A stretch of DNA of 64,000 nt from Blastocatellia bacterium. GTDB taxonomy: Bacteria > Acidobacteriota > Blastocatellia > UBA7656. Position numbers and translations under genes: made by a program. The notes beneath the pieces were generated by a model, which was not told the DNA's origin, searched no databases, and worked only from the letters and a program-made list of their open reading frames with translations. Positions 1-9,596 of the stretch are shown in pieces. Where the stretch lies: the NCBI GenBank assembly GCA_963765495.1, contig CAVXWP010000001.1, forward strand, positions 832,001-896,000. Direction: 5' to 3'. Numbering within the stretch: position 1 is the stretch's first letter; every line of letters starts with the position of its first letter.

Positions 1-2
1 GC

Positions 3-740
3 ATGAAAGATCACCCGGCGGTCGTAGAGCGCGTGCGAAGCCTTTCCGAATATCAGCCGCTGTTTGCCAAAGCCTTTCCCGGCGAAGAGATCAACATCGA
101 CACGATAGCAAAAGCCATAGCCTCGTTCGAGCGTACGCAGCTATCGGGCAACTCTCCGTTTGACCGCTTCATGGCGGGCGATCAAAACGCGATGTCGGCT
201 GCGGCAAAGCGCGGCTGGGACCTCTTCAACAACAAGGCCCGCTGCATAAGCTGCCACGCCTTTAACCCGTCAGCGCCCTTCTTCAGCGATTTCAAGTTTC
301 ACAACATAGGCGTCGCGGCCAAAGATCAAAACTTCGATTCTCTCGCCCGCCGCGCACAGCAAATCACGGCCTCAGACCCCAGCAGCGTGCAACTCGTAGA
401 CGAGCTTGCGCTCTCTCCGGGCTTTTCCGAACTCGGGCGATACCTTGTCACAAAACAGCAGAGAGACATCGGCTCGTTCAAGACCTCTATGCTGCGCGAC
501 ATAGAATTGACCGCGCCCTACATGCACAACGGGTCTGAAAAGACTCTGCTCGATGTGGTCAAGTTTTATGACAAGGGCGGAGAGCTAAATGCGAATCTTG
601 ACGGCGGCATGCGCCCGCTCAAGCTGACCGATCCGGAGATGAACGATCTGGTAGAGTTTTTGAAGGCTCTCACAAGCGATGACACGCGCCAGAAGGTCAA
701 GAGCGCCAAAGCGCAAACGCGCGCGCCGTTCCCGAATTAA
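3..740 (+). CDS. Diheme cytochrome c peroxidase / MauG-family protein, 5'-truncated by the window edge
   Basis: IASFERT..SPFDRF, CISCH heme motif, FHNIG, FKTSMLRDIELTAPYMHNGS; the first heme domain lies outside the window. Confidence 0.85.
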   Translation: MKDHPAVVERVRSLSEYQPLFAKAFPGEEINIDTIAKAIASFERTQLSGNSPFDRFMAGDQNAMSAAAKRGWDLFNNKARCISCHAFNPSAPFFSDFKFHNIGVAAKDQNFDSLARRAQQITASDPSSVQLVDELALSPGFSELGRYLVTKQQRDIGSFKTSMLRDIELTAPYMHNGSEKTLLDVVKFYDKGGELNANLDGGMRPLKLTDPEMNDLVEFLKALTSDDTRQKVKSAKAQTRAPFPN

Positions 741-761
741 TCGGAAAGGAGATGATCAGAA

Positions 762-1910
762 ATGAATCCTTTGAAATGGATCAAGCGCCGCCAGGAGTAT
801 CTGAGCGAGCGCGAGACGTGGCTCGATCAATTGATGACGGCGGGCCGGATGGAAGAGGGGCGGCGCAAGTTCATGAAGATGGCGGCGATGGCCGCGACCG
901 CGGCTGCCGGAAAATATATTCCGCACTCTTTCCAGCTTGTAGACGTAGTCAGCGCCGCAGGGTCGCAAACGGCTTCGGGTTCCGAGCCTGCCTTTACCTT
1001 CGCCTACATATCGGATTCGCACCTCTACGAAAAGAAACTCAACGAGCGGTTCGTGCGCCAGCTTGAACGCGCCGTGGCCGATGTGAACGCGCTCGACCCG
1101 CAGCCCGACTTCGTGCTTTACGGGGGGGATCTTGCGCAACTCGGCCAGCCGGGCGAATTGAAACTGGGCGCAGAAGTACTCAAAGCCCTGAAAGCGCCCG
1201 TCCGAATGATGGTGGGCGAGCACGACTGGTTTCTCGATATGGGCGATCTGTGGAAAGAGATGTTTGGCCCGCCTTACTATTCATTCGATCACAAAGGCGT
1301 TCACTTCATCACATTGATGAGCGTAAACGAGGCCGATTTCTGGACCCCTCTGGGGCTTACTCCGATGCAGCGAATGCAGATAGTCGCCGGCCTTGACGAT
1401 GGCCGCCAGAGCCGGTTCGAGGTGGGCGAAGAGGGGCGCGCGTGGCTCAAGCAAGACCTTGCGAAAGTTCCCACCAGTGCTCCCGTCGTGGTCTTTTCTC
1501 ATTCGCCGCTCTACAAATACTATCGCGACTGGAATTTCTGGACCGAAGATGCCGAACAGGTGCAGGCGCTTTTGAAGCCATACAATTCGGTCACGGTCAT
1601 TCACGGTCACACGCATCAGGTGCTGACGAACAGAATCGGAAACATCCATTTTCACGGTATGCTCGCGACCGCGTGGCCCTGGCCTTATGCGCCTTCGGGG
1701 CTGCCGCGCCTTACCGTGATGATGAACCGGTCAGACCCGTTCAATCAGGTAGACGGGATGGGCGACGGCACTTTTCAAGTCAACAAAACGGGCGGCGTAG
1801 ATATGCATTACAACCTGTGGAATCGCAACCCCCTGATAGTCTCCGAGCGTTACCTGGCTTCAAACGGCGCTGAAGACGTACCGGCGAAAACCACTCTACC
1901 GTCCTATTGA
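762..1910 (+). CDS. Calcineurin-like metallophosphoesterase, probably Tat-exported
   Basis: DSH, GGD, GEHD, FSH and HGHTH motifs; RRKFMK twin-arginine-like motif followed by an Ala-rich segment; AAAGGAG upstream. Confidence 0.85.
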   Translation: MNPLKWIKRRQEYLSERETWLDQLMTAGRMEEGRRKFMKMAAMAATAAAGKYIPHSFQLVDVVSAAGSQTASGSEPAFTFAYISDSHLYEKKLNERFVRQLERAVADVNALDPQPDFVLYGGDLAQLGQPGELKLGAEVLKALKAPVRMMVGEHDWFLDMGDLWKEMFGPPYYSFDHKGVHFITLMSVNEADFWTPLGLTPMQRMQIVAGLDDGRQSRFEVGEEGRAWLKQDLAKVPTSAPVVVFSHSPLYKYYRDWNFWTEDAEQVQALLKPYNSVTVIHGHTHQVLTNRIGNIHFHGMLATAWPWPYAPSGLPRLTVMMNRSDPFNQVDGMGDGTFQVNKTGGVDMHYNLWNRNPLIVSERYLASNGAEDVPAKTTLPSY

Positions 1911-1960
1911 GGGATGAGGGATGAGGGATGAGGGATGAAACAGATGCTCTCTCATCCTCT
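1908..1960. repeat. Heptamer tandem repeat (TGAGGGA)x4 with a short complementary arm
   Basis: tgaggga x4 at 1908-1935; the first copy supplies the stop codon; ctcatcctct follows. Confidence 0.85.
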
Positions 1961-1981
1961 TGATGAAAAGGAGCGGAGATA

Positions 1982-2740
1982 ATGAGAAGGAGAGACCTGT
2001 TAAAAACGGTTATGCTTGTTGTCTTTTTGATGGGCGGAGTCGCTTATCTCAGAAGCGTGCACGCGCAGCAACAGCAGCCAAAGCATCCGCCTGTACCCGG
2101 CGACCCCAAGAGTCTGGTCGTGCAGCTTTGCGACGGAAAGACAAATCTTGAAGTGCCGGGCGTGGCACCTGACGCGCGGCTGTCACCTGACGAGGCGCAG
2201 GCCGTATCCGATAAATTGATGCAGATGTGGATGGGCAAACAGGACCCGACTGTTGCAGCCGCCTGGGCGAGCGAGGCCGCCGAGCAGTCGGATCGGCAAA
2301 AGAATCCGTCTCAAAAACAGGAGTCGATGAAGGATGACAAGACCGCCCCGAAACAGGATACGAGTCGCGGCCCGCTGACTCTTGTGACCGAGCAGGTAGC
2401 GCCCTTCAGCCCGCGTGACAACGTAGTCTGGGACCGCGAGGTATCGAAGGAAGTCGAGTACGGCAATAAGCTTTTTCACGATGACAAACTGATCGGCAGC
2501 ACAAACGGGATAGCCTGCGCGATGTGTCATCCAAATGCTTCGAATACGCATCCTGAGACTTATCCGAAGTTTCAGGTGCAGCTTCAGCGCGTAGCCCTGT
2601 TGCGCGACATGATCAACTGGTGCATCGAAAACCCCGCGCGAGGCAAGACGCTTGCTGCGGACGATCCGAAGATGCGCGCGCTTGAAGCCTACATTTTATG
2701 GCAACGGAGGGGCGTTGCCATGGCTCCGGGAAAACACTAA
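1982..2740 (+). CDS. Exported monoheme cytochrome c
   Basis: N-terminal signal peptide, CAMCH motif, YPKF..INWCI segment; GGAG RBS. Confidence 0.8.
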   Translation: MRRRDLLKTVMLVVFLMGGVAYLRSVHAQQQQPKHPPVPGDPKSLVVQLCDGKTNLEVPGVAPDARLSPDEAQAVSDKLMQMWMGKQDPTVAAAWASEAAEQSDRQKNPSQKQESMKDDKTAPKQDTSRGPLTLVTEQVAPFSPRDNVVWDREVSKEVEYGNKLFHDDKLIGSTNGIACAMCHPNASNTHPETYPKFQVQLQRVALLRDMINWCIENPARGKTLAADDPKMRALEAYILWQRRGVAMAPGKH

Positions 2741-2762
2741 GGGCAGGGTGACCGGAGCCCGA

Positions 2763-2822
2763 ACAGGATTAACAGGATTCTCCTCCTTCGCTTTCAAATC
2801 CTGTTAATCCTGTCAAAAAAAA
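2763..2822. terminator. Nonamer-armed inverted repeat between convergent genes, probable terminator
   Basis: ACAGGATTAACAGGATT (2763-2779) pairs perfectly with AATCCTGTTAATCCTGT (2797-2813); A-tract follows (U-tract on the minus strand). Confidence 0.7.
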
Positions 2823-4166
2823 CTATATATCCAGTTTGCGTCTGATCTCCGCTTTATCGGCGGCCACGCGGATGGGGCGATTCGCAAGGTTACCTTCGAT
2901 TCGCGTCTGTTTGCCCTCTTGTTCGCTCTCTTCTTCCAGCACAAGATTGCCGGTGTGATAGCCTATCGTATAGTTCGGGTCTTTCAGCAGATTGCCCGTC
3001 AGCACGCCTATTACACTTTCATATGAACGGATGGTACCCGCAGTCACAAGTCGGCGCAGACCCGCAAGAGTGGCGGCTGAGGCGGGCTCGCAGCCTATGC
3101 CGTCGCTGCCTATCACGGCCTTTGCGTCGGCGATCTCCTGTTCGGTTACGCGCTCGACAACGCCATCGGTCAGCCGAACGGCGCGCAGGGCTTTCTTCCA
3201 CGAAACGGGATTGCCTATCTTTATCGCGGTAGCAAGCGTCGAAGGATGAGCGCGAGCTTTGAAGACCGAGCGATCCTCGGAAGCGAACAGGTCATAAAAC
3301 GGCGATGCGCCTTCGGCCTGAATTATCGCCATACGAGGCAGCCGGTCGAGAAATCCCAGCGTAAAGAGTTCGTCAAGCGCCTTGCCGAACGAAGACGAGT
3401 TCCCGAGGTTCCCGCCCGGAACCACTATCCAATCCGGGGCCTGCCAGTCGAGTTGTTCCATCATCTCGATTATGATCGCCTTCTGACCTTCGAGCCGGAA
3501 CGGGTTGATCGAGTTCAAAAGATAGATATCGGTTTCGCTTGCGAGTTCGCGCACGATTCGCATAGCGTCATCGAAATTGCCTTCGATTTCGATGACGGTC
3601 GCGCCGTATTCGAGCGATTGCGCGAGCTTGCCGTAAGAGATCTGACTGGCGGGAATAAAGACGAAGGCGCGCATTTCGGCGCGCGCGGCGAAGGCTGCCA
3701 TCGAGGCCGACGTGTTGCCCGTAGACGCGCAGGCGACAGCCGTGGCCCGGAGCGCGCGAGCCTGAGTCACGCCCGTCGTCATGCCGTTATCCTTGAAAGA
3801 CCCCGTGGGGTTCATCCCCTGATGCTTAAAACTGACCCGTTCGAGACCGGCGAAACGGGCCGACCGCGCCGCCGTATAGATCGGCGTATTGCCTTCCGAG
3901 AGCGTGATTATATCGTCTGTGTCGGTGACGAAAGGGAGCAACTCCCGGAAGCGCCACACGCCGCTCCGGTCAATATGAGTCTCGCTCGTCTTTCGAGATT
4001 TAAAGAGCGATTTCAGGTCTTCCGCACGGGGCAGATCGAAATCGTATACGACATCGAGCAAGCCCCCGCACTCGGGGCAGGTATAAATTCTCTGATCGAT
4101 CGCTTGTTGAGCGCGGCACTCGGGTTCTATGCAGCCGAGATGCGCGCTCGTCGGGTTTGTCCTCAT
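2823..4166 (-). CDS. thrC: Threonine synthase
   Basis: NPTGSFKD PLP lysine motif, CASTGNTSAS, VPGGNLGN, EPASA, LTGNLLKD; N-terminal Cys knuckle. Confidence 0.92.
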   Translation of the reverse strand: MRTNPTSAHLGCIEPECRAQQAIDQRIYTCPECGGLLDVVYDFDLPRAEDLKSLFKSRKTSETHIDRSGVWRFRELLPFVTDTDDIITLSEGNTPIYTAARSARFAGLERVSFKHQGMNPTGSFKDNGMTTGVTQARALRATAVACASTGNTSASMAAFAARAEMRAFVFIPASQISYGKLAQSLEYGATVIEIEGNFDDAMRIVRELASETDIYLLNSINPFRLEGQKAIIIEMMEQLDWQAPDWIVVPGGNLGNSSSFGKALDELFTLGFLDRLPRMAIIQAEGASPFYDLFASEDRSVFKARAHPSTLATAIKIGNPVSWKKALRAVRLTDGVVERVTEQEIADAKAVIGSDGIGCEPASAATLAGLRRLVTAGTIRSYESVIGVLTGNLLKDPNYTIGYHTGNLVLEEESEQEGKQTRIEGNLANRPIRVAADKAEIRRKLDI

Positions 4167-4292
4167 AGCAGGTAGGTTAGTTGAGATGCCGCAGCAAAAT
4201 CAAAGTGATTCGTGACGAGTGACGAGTGAAAAAAATCGGCTCTTTCTCGATTCAACAGATATTTTCAGTTCTTTGCTTGCCTGCTGCCTCAA

Positions 4293-4322
4293 TTGACAAT
4301 AGGGCCTTGCGCAAATTAGATT
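4293..4322 (+). promoter_or_regulatory. Candidate sigma70 promoter of the peroxiredoxin-like gene (very short leader)
   Basis: TTGACA-N18-TAGATT, 10 nt before ATG 4333; no Shine-Dalgarno sequence. Confidence 0.4.
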
Positions 4323-4332
4323 CTTACTGATC

Positions 4333-4881
4333 ATGAAAACAATCCTGATTTCACTTGTAATGATGATAGCTGCCGTGAGTGTTTACGGGCAGTTGCGCGC
4401 GCCGGCCAAAGAGCTGAAGGTGGGCGACAAAGCGCCCGATTTCGCGCTGCCAAACCCTGACGGCAAGATAGTAACTTTATCGGAGTACACAGCGCGCGGC
4501 CCCGTGATAGTGCTCTTCTACAGAGGTTACTGGTGAGCCGCCTGCACGATGCAACTCACCAGGCTGGCTGAGGATTACGACAAGATCAAGCAGGCGGGCG
4601 CAGACCTTGTAGCCATAAGCGTCGACGACCCGTCGTTCGCGTGGTCAATGGGTCAGACTACGGGGGCGAAATTTCAGTTACTCTCGGATACGGATCATAA
4701 GGTGATAGAAACCTACGGGGTTCTCAATCCGAACGAACACGGCGGCATCGCTCACCCTTCGGTCTTCATAGTTGATAAGGAAGGGCATATCAGATTCCTC
4801 TACGTGGGGAAAAACCCTACTGATCGCCCTCCCGACGAAGAGATAATCACAGAACTGAAGAAGGTCATGGCCGCCAAATAA
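4333..4881 (+). CDS. AhpC/TSA peroxiredoxin-like redoxin, probable selenoprotein (UxxC)
   Basis: ORFs 4333-4536 and 4549-4881 are in frame. Reading through gives signal peptide, GDKAPDFAL, FYRGYW-TGA-AAC, VAISVD, HPSVFIVDKEG. TGA (4534-4536) sits at the first Cys of the CxxC motif. Confidence 0.85.
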
Positions 4882-4885
4882 AGAA

Positions 4886-4983
4886 GTGATGCGTGATTCG
4901 TGATTCGTGATTCGTGATTGTCAGGCAGGTCACAGACTTGAGACGATTTGCAAACCCGGCAAATCGCGCATCACGCATCACTC
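4886..4983. repeat. Heptamer-armed inverted repeat (GTGATTC)n ... (CGCATCA)n
   Basis: gtgatgc gtgattc gtgattc gtgattc gtgattg ... atcgcgcatcacgcatcact. Confidence 0.75.
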
Positions 4984-5075
4984 CCCGCGCATAGGGTTGT
5001 ATAACTCATCTTACGGGCGTAGAATCCAGTCACTTTTATTACCTTTACAGCCTGTTACAACAAGGAGGTAGAGCT

Positions 5076-6056
5076 ATGCCTGAAATAACCGATCCGCCGC
5101 CCCAGAAGATAGCAGACGAACTTGGCGAATTGCAGCTTGATCTTGATGCCCGGATTCCTTCCAAGGCGCTCGACCGCAATCTGCTGATCGCCACATGGAA
5201 CCTGAGGGCTTTTGGTGATTTGACTGAGAAATGGGCGTCTACGGAAAACGATACGCCCAAGCGGGATTTGCAGTCTCTCTTGAGCATAGCTGAAATCGTT
5301 TCGCGTTTTGATGTGATCGCGATACAGGAGGTGCACGGCAAGATCAAATCGCTCAGGCACATGCTGAAGAAGCTCGGCCCGCACTGGAGCTTTACTTTGA
5401 CCGATGTGACCAAAGGCGATGAGGGCAACAATGAGCGCATAGCCTTTCTGTTTGACACCCGCAAAGTGAATTTATCGGGGCTTGCCTGCGAGCTTGTCGT
5501 GCCGCTTGAAGAGCTACAGGCGGTTGCTGTGGGCAGCCTAACAAAACAGTTTGCGCGCACGCCTTATGCCGTCAGTTTCCGTTGTGGAAGCAAGACCTTT
5601 ATCCTTGTGACGTTGCACGTGCTTTACGGCAAAAAAGCCGATGACCGGCTGTCTGAACTCCGCGCGATTGCGCGCTGGATAGCCGACTGGGCCAGAGACA
5701 TCAATGCCTTTGATCAAAACTTGATCGTGCTGGGCGACTTCAACATTGATAGAAAGGACGACAAACTCTATCAGGCATTCACATCGACCGGATTGGAAGT
5801 GCCCGCGGATTTGAACGCGGTGCCGAGGACGATCTTCAGCGATCAGAACGACCCGAGCGGAGGCAAGTTTTACGATCAGATAGCGTGGTTCACAGGGAAA
5901 AACGGCGCGCCTGCCCTCTCGCTCAACTATTCGCGAGGCGGCTTCTATGATTTCGTGGGCAATGTCTTAAAGACAAGGAATCTGACAAAATCGCAGCTAT
6001 CCTGGCGCATATCTGACCACTATCCGCTATGGACCGAGTTTTTGATCAGAGATTGA
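5076..6056 (+). CDS. Endonuclease/exonuclease/phosphatase (DNase I-like) family protein
   Basis: ATWNL, IAIQEV, LHVLYG, LGDFN, DQI, ISDHYP motifs; AAGGAGG RBS. Confidence 0.88.
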   Translation: MPEITDPPPQKIADELGELQLDLDARIPSKALDRNLLIATWNLRAFGDLTEKWASTENDTPKRDLQSLLSIAEIVSRFDVIAIQEVHGKIKSLRHMLKKLGPHWSFTLTDVTKGDEGNNERIAFLFDTRKVNLSGLACELVVPLEELQAVAVGSLTKQFARTPYAVSFRCGSKTFILVTLHVLYGKKADDRLSELRAIARWIADWARDINAFDQNLIVLGDFNIDRKDDKLYQAFTSTGLEVPADLNAVPRTIFSDQNDPSGGKFYDQIAWFTGKNGAPALSLNYSRGGFYDFVGNVLKTRNLTKSQLSWRISDHYPLWTEFLIRD

Positions 6057-6082
6057 AGCTGCTCAGAAAGAGAGAAAATCTG

Positions 6083-6151
6083 TCACGGCAGGCGCAGAGA
6101 CACAGAGAGAAGTTTTTGTAAACTTTTCTCTGTGTCTCTGTGTCTGCCGTG
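6083..6151. terminator. Inverted repeat between convergent genes
   Basis: cacggcaggcgcagagacacagaga ... tctctgtgtctctgtgtctgccgtg. Confidence 0.6.
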
Positions 6152-6155
6152 GGTA

Positions 6156-9041
6156 TTATTCGGATTGCGCGAGCGATTGCCTAAGCACGAAAGGCAGGAT
6201 GCCGCCGTGCCGATAGTAATCGACTTCGATAGGCGTATCTATGCGCAGGGTGAGCGGAACCTCTTCGGTGTCGCCGTTTGCGCGATGGATCACGAGCCTT
6301 ACATCCTGACGCGGCCTGATCCCTTCTTCGACGCCTAAAAGGTCAAAGATTTCGGTGCCGTCCAGGTTGAGCGATCCGGCGTTTGTGCCTTCCTTGAACT
6401 GGCAGGGCAAGACGCCCATGCCTACCAGATTGCTGCGGTGTATGCGCTCGAAGCTTTGAGCGACGACCGCCTTCACGCCTAAAAGCAAAGTCCCTTTGGC
6501 TGCCCAGTCGCGTGAGCTTCCGGTCCCGTATTCCTGACCGGCTATGACTACGAGCGGAATGCCTGCGGCCTGATACTTTATCGCCGCGTCATAGATGCTC
6601 ATCTGTTCGCCGTGCGGCTGATGAAGCGTGACGCCGCCTTCGGTGCCCGGAACCATCAGGTTCTTGATTCGGACGTTTGCGAAAGTGCCGCGCACCATCA
6701 CCTGATGATTGCCTCGCCTCGCGCCGTAGCTGTTGAAGTCTCTGATCTCGACGCCGTGTTCTTGCAGATAGAGCCCCGCAGGTGAGGTAGGCTTGATCGC
6801 GCCTGCCGGGCTTATGTGATCCGTAGTAACCGAGTCACCGAATATGGCCAGCGGGCGCGCACCTTTGATGTCGCACACTTCGCCGGGCTGCATGCTGAAT
6901 TTTTCGAAGTAGGGCGGTTCCTGAATGTAGGTCGATTGCGAATCCCATTCGTAAACATCGCCCAGCGTGGATGGTATCTCGTCCCACATGGGGTTTTGCT
7001 CGGCGAAGCTTCCGTAAAGTTCCCGGTAAGTTTCGGGGTCAAATGCCTGCTTCATAACATCGTTGATCTCTTTCATACTCGGCCACAGATCGCGCAGGTA
7101 AACGTCCTCGCCCGCCTCCGTTTTGCCTAGAGGCTCTTCGGCCAGATTGATGTCGACTCGCCCGGCAAGGGCGAAGGCGACCACAAGCGGCGGACTCATA
7201 AGGAAATTTGCCTTCACGCTTTGATGAACGCGCGCCTCGAAATTTCGGTTGCCGCTCAGGACGCTTGCGGCGACCAGATCGTGCTGATTCAGCACCTCTT
7301 CGATTCGGGGGTCGAGCGGGCCGGAATTGCCTATGCAGGTAGTGCAGCCGTAACCGACCAGATTGAAGCCTATTTGATTGAGGTAGGTTTGTAGTCCGGT
7401 CTTTTCCAGATAATCGGTCACAACACGCGAGCCGGGCGCGAGCGATGCCTTAACCGTGGGGCTGAGCGAGAGATTTTTTTCTACGGCTTTCTTTGCCACA
7501 AGACCCGCCGCAAGCATCACGCTCGGGTTTGATGTGTTTGTGCAGGAGGTGATCGCAGCGATGACTACATCGCCGTGGCCTAGATCGACAACCGCGTCGG
7601 GGAACTCTCCGTCTATAACCTCTTCAACGCGGTCAGGGGTGGGACGGTTATTCATCATCTCGGTTTCGGTCCAGGAACTCGTGTTTTTCGTGCTAACCGT
7701 GTCGTGTGTGCTTTCGGGCGCGGTATCGGATCCCTGCTCTCCGCCTCCGGCAAGTGGTCGAACTCTGTCACCCCTATGAAGACCGATCTTTGTCGGATAG
7801 CGTTTGTGAATCTCGGTTTCCGATTTCTTATACCCGCCCTCGGTTGTCGGCTTTCCGAGCAGTTCATAGAATCGATTTTTAAGATTGGTCAGATCGATCC
7901 GGTCCTGCGGGCGTTTTGGCCCCGACACACCCGGCTTAACGTCGGCCAGATCGAGTTCGAGCAACTGGCTGTATTCGCATTCACCCTTGCGCGGGATTCC
8001 GAACATACCCTGCGCCTTGAAATAACTGCGTACCGTCTCGACCTGTTCTTCGGTGCGGCCAGTAGCCTTCAGATAAGCGCAGGTCTCTTCATCGACGGGG
8101 AAAAACCCGAGCGTCGCGCCGTATTCGGGCGACATGTTGGCGATGGTAGCGCGGTCGGGAACCGAGAGCGTAGCCGCGCCTTCGCCGTGATACTCTACGA
8201 ATTTGCCCACGACCTTTGCCCTCCGCAACATCTCCGTGCAGTGCAGCACGAGGTCGGTAGCGGTTACGCCTTCATTGAGTTTGCCCGTCATGTGAACGCC
8301 CACTACATCGGGTGTCAGAAAATAGACGGGCTGGCCGAGCATGCCCGCCTCGGCTTCGATGCCGCCCACACCCCATCCGACTATGCCAAGGCCGTTTATC
8401 ATAGTCGTGTGCGAATCGGTTCCCACGAGCGTATCTGGATAATAAACGCCGTCGCGTTCGATCACACCTTTGGCGAGATATTCCAGATTTACCTGATGGC
8501 ATATGCCTATTCCGGGGGGCACTACGTTGAATCCGTCGAAGGCCTGTCGGCCCCATTTAAGGAACTGGTAACGGGCGCGATTGCGTTTGAACTCCATCTC
8601 CATGTTGAGTTGGAGCGCTTCGGGTATGCTTGAAAAATCGACCTGTACCGAATGATCTATTATAAGATCAACAGGCACAAGCGGTTCGATGATTTTGGTA
8701 TCGCGCCCGATCCGATCAACCGCCGAGCGCATTGCGGCGAGGTCCACAAGCAAAGGCACGCCCGTGAAATCCTGCAAGAGTATTCGCGCGACGACGAAGG
8801 GAATTTCTTCGGTTCGTTCGATGGTTGCCTGCCAGTTGGCAAGCTGGCGAATGTTTTCTTCGGTGATCCGCTTACCGTCATAATTCCGCAGCACGGATTC
8901 AAGCACTACGCGGATGCTGACGGGAAGTTTCGAGATGGGGCCGACTCCTTCTTTTTCAAGTTGAGGCAGGGAGTAAAACTTGCCTGTGCGGTCGGCTGTG
9001 ATGTTGAAGGATTGAAGCGAGTTGAAGAGGTTATGTGTCAT
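6156..9041 (-). CDS. acnA: Aconitate hydratase A
   Basis: [64 protein letters not shown]. Confidence 0.95.
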   Translation of the reverse strand: MTHNLFNSLQSFNITADRTGKFYSLPQLEKEGVGPISKLPVSIRVVLESVLRNYDGKRITEENIRQLANWQATIERTEEIPFVVARILLQDFTGVPLLVDLAAMRSAVDRIGRDTKIIEPLVPVDLIIDHSVQVDFSSIPEALQLNMEMEFKRNRARYQFLKWGRQAFDGFNVVPPGIGICHQVNLEYLAKGVIERDGVYYPDTLVGTDSHTTMINGLGIVGWGVGGIEAEAGMLGQPVYFLTPDVVGVHMTGKLNEGVTATDLVLHCTEMLRRAKVVGKFVEYHGEGAATLSVPDRATIANMSPEYGATLGFFPVDEETCAYLKATGRTEEQVETVRSYFKAQGMFGIPRKGECEYSQLLELDLADVKPGVSGPKRPQDRIDLTNLKNRFYELLGKPTTEGGYKKSETEIHKRYPTKIGLHRGDRVRPLAGGGEQGSDTAPESTHDTVSTKNTSSWTETEMMNNRPTPDRVEEVIDGEFPDAVVDLGHGDVVIAAITSCTNTSNPSVMLAAGLVAKKAVEKNLSLSPTVKASLAPGSRVVTDYLEKTGLQTYLNQIGFNLVGYGCTTCIGNSGPLDPRIEEVLNQHDLVAASVLSGNRNFEARVHQSVKANFLMSPPLVVAFALAGRVDINLAEEPLGKTEAGEDVYLRDLWPSMKEINDVMKQAFDPETYRELYGSFAEQNPMWDEIPSTLGDVYEWDSQSTYIQEPPYFEKFSMQPGEVCDIKGARPLAIFGDSVTTDHISPAGAIKPTSPAGLYLQEHGVEIRDFNSYGARRGNHQVMVRGTFANVRIKNLMVPGTEGGVTLHQPHGEQMSIYDAAIKYQAAGIPLVVIAGQEYGTGSSRDWAAKGTLLLGVKAVVAQSFERIHRSNLVGMGVLPCQFKEGTNAGSLNLDGTEIFDLLGVEEGIRPRQDVRLVIHRANGDTEEVPLTLRIDTPIEVDYYRHGGILPFVLRQSLAQSE

Positions 9042-9179
9042 ATTTTTCAATCATCGGAAATTTGGCGCGGTCCGCCTGCGCGGTTACGCGGCGAGGTTAA
9101 AGTTGGGCTACAAAGTGTGCTTACTACTCTGTGGCCAGTGAAGATTAGTTTAAGTGGCTATCCGGCAGAACGTCAAGCA

Positions 9180-9218
9180 GGGCGGTGGCCGGTGGTCGGT
9201 GGTCGGTGGTCAGTGGCG
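9180..9218. repeat. Heptamer tandem repeat (GGTGGTC-like)
   Basis: ggtggcc ggtggtc ggtggtc ggtggtc agtggc. Confidence 0.7.
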
Positions 9219-9596
9219 AGTAAGTAAAGACTTTGATTAAATCGGAGCGCCCAGAGAGATAAATGGCAATAGGCCACCCATGACACGATGGTTTGTTTTG
9301 CTATGGGCCATCCATTCGCAGATTTCACCCATTCACCCATTGTTGAAATCCATCCATTGAATATCCAGTGAAGGATGCCGGAATTGGGTATATCTTCGTC
9401 TGTCACTTAACAGCAGAACCTCTCGGCCTTCCCTAAGGGCCACGGCAGAGAGTTTCTCAATGAGTTTATTATGAAATCGCTCGTTTCGAATCTGAGCGCC
9501 AGTGCAAATTCAGTTGTTTCGAAGCTGCCGGATTGCGCGGCGTACGCAGTCTATTCGCGAATGCTCCACTTCACTCACTTCAAGGAGACTTCCTGA

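Noticed and set aside
3246-4175. Long antisense ORFs (also 7704-8633, 24974-25801, 50386-51414, 53952-54965, 58562-59413)
   Set aside because: They mirror well-supported genes on the opposite strand and have no motifs, as expected from codon bias in GC-rich DNA
4333-4536. Two separate small genes or a nonsense pseudogene
   Set aside because: The stop is TGA exactly at the catalytic Cys column with an intact downstream frame; selenocysteine is the simpler explanation
7590-7830. Low-complexity insertion in aconitase, considered as an intein
   Set aside because: Too short, with no Cys/Ser start or His-Asn end; AcnA has a variable linker at this position
9471-9596. 41-codon in-frame uORF ending in TGA directly before the TonB receptor ATG (read-through or leader peptide)
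   Set aside because: No RBS or metal-sensing motif; the receptor has its own AAGGAG and signal peptide at 9597, so this is probably chance
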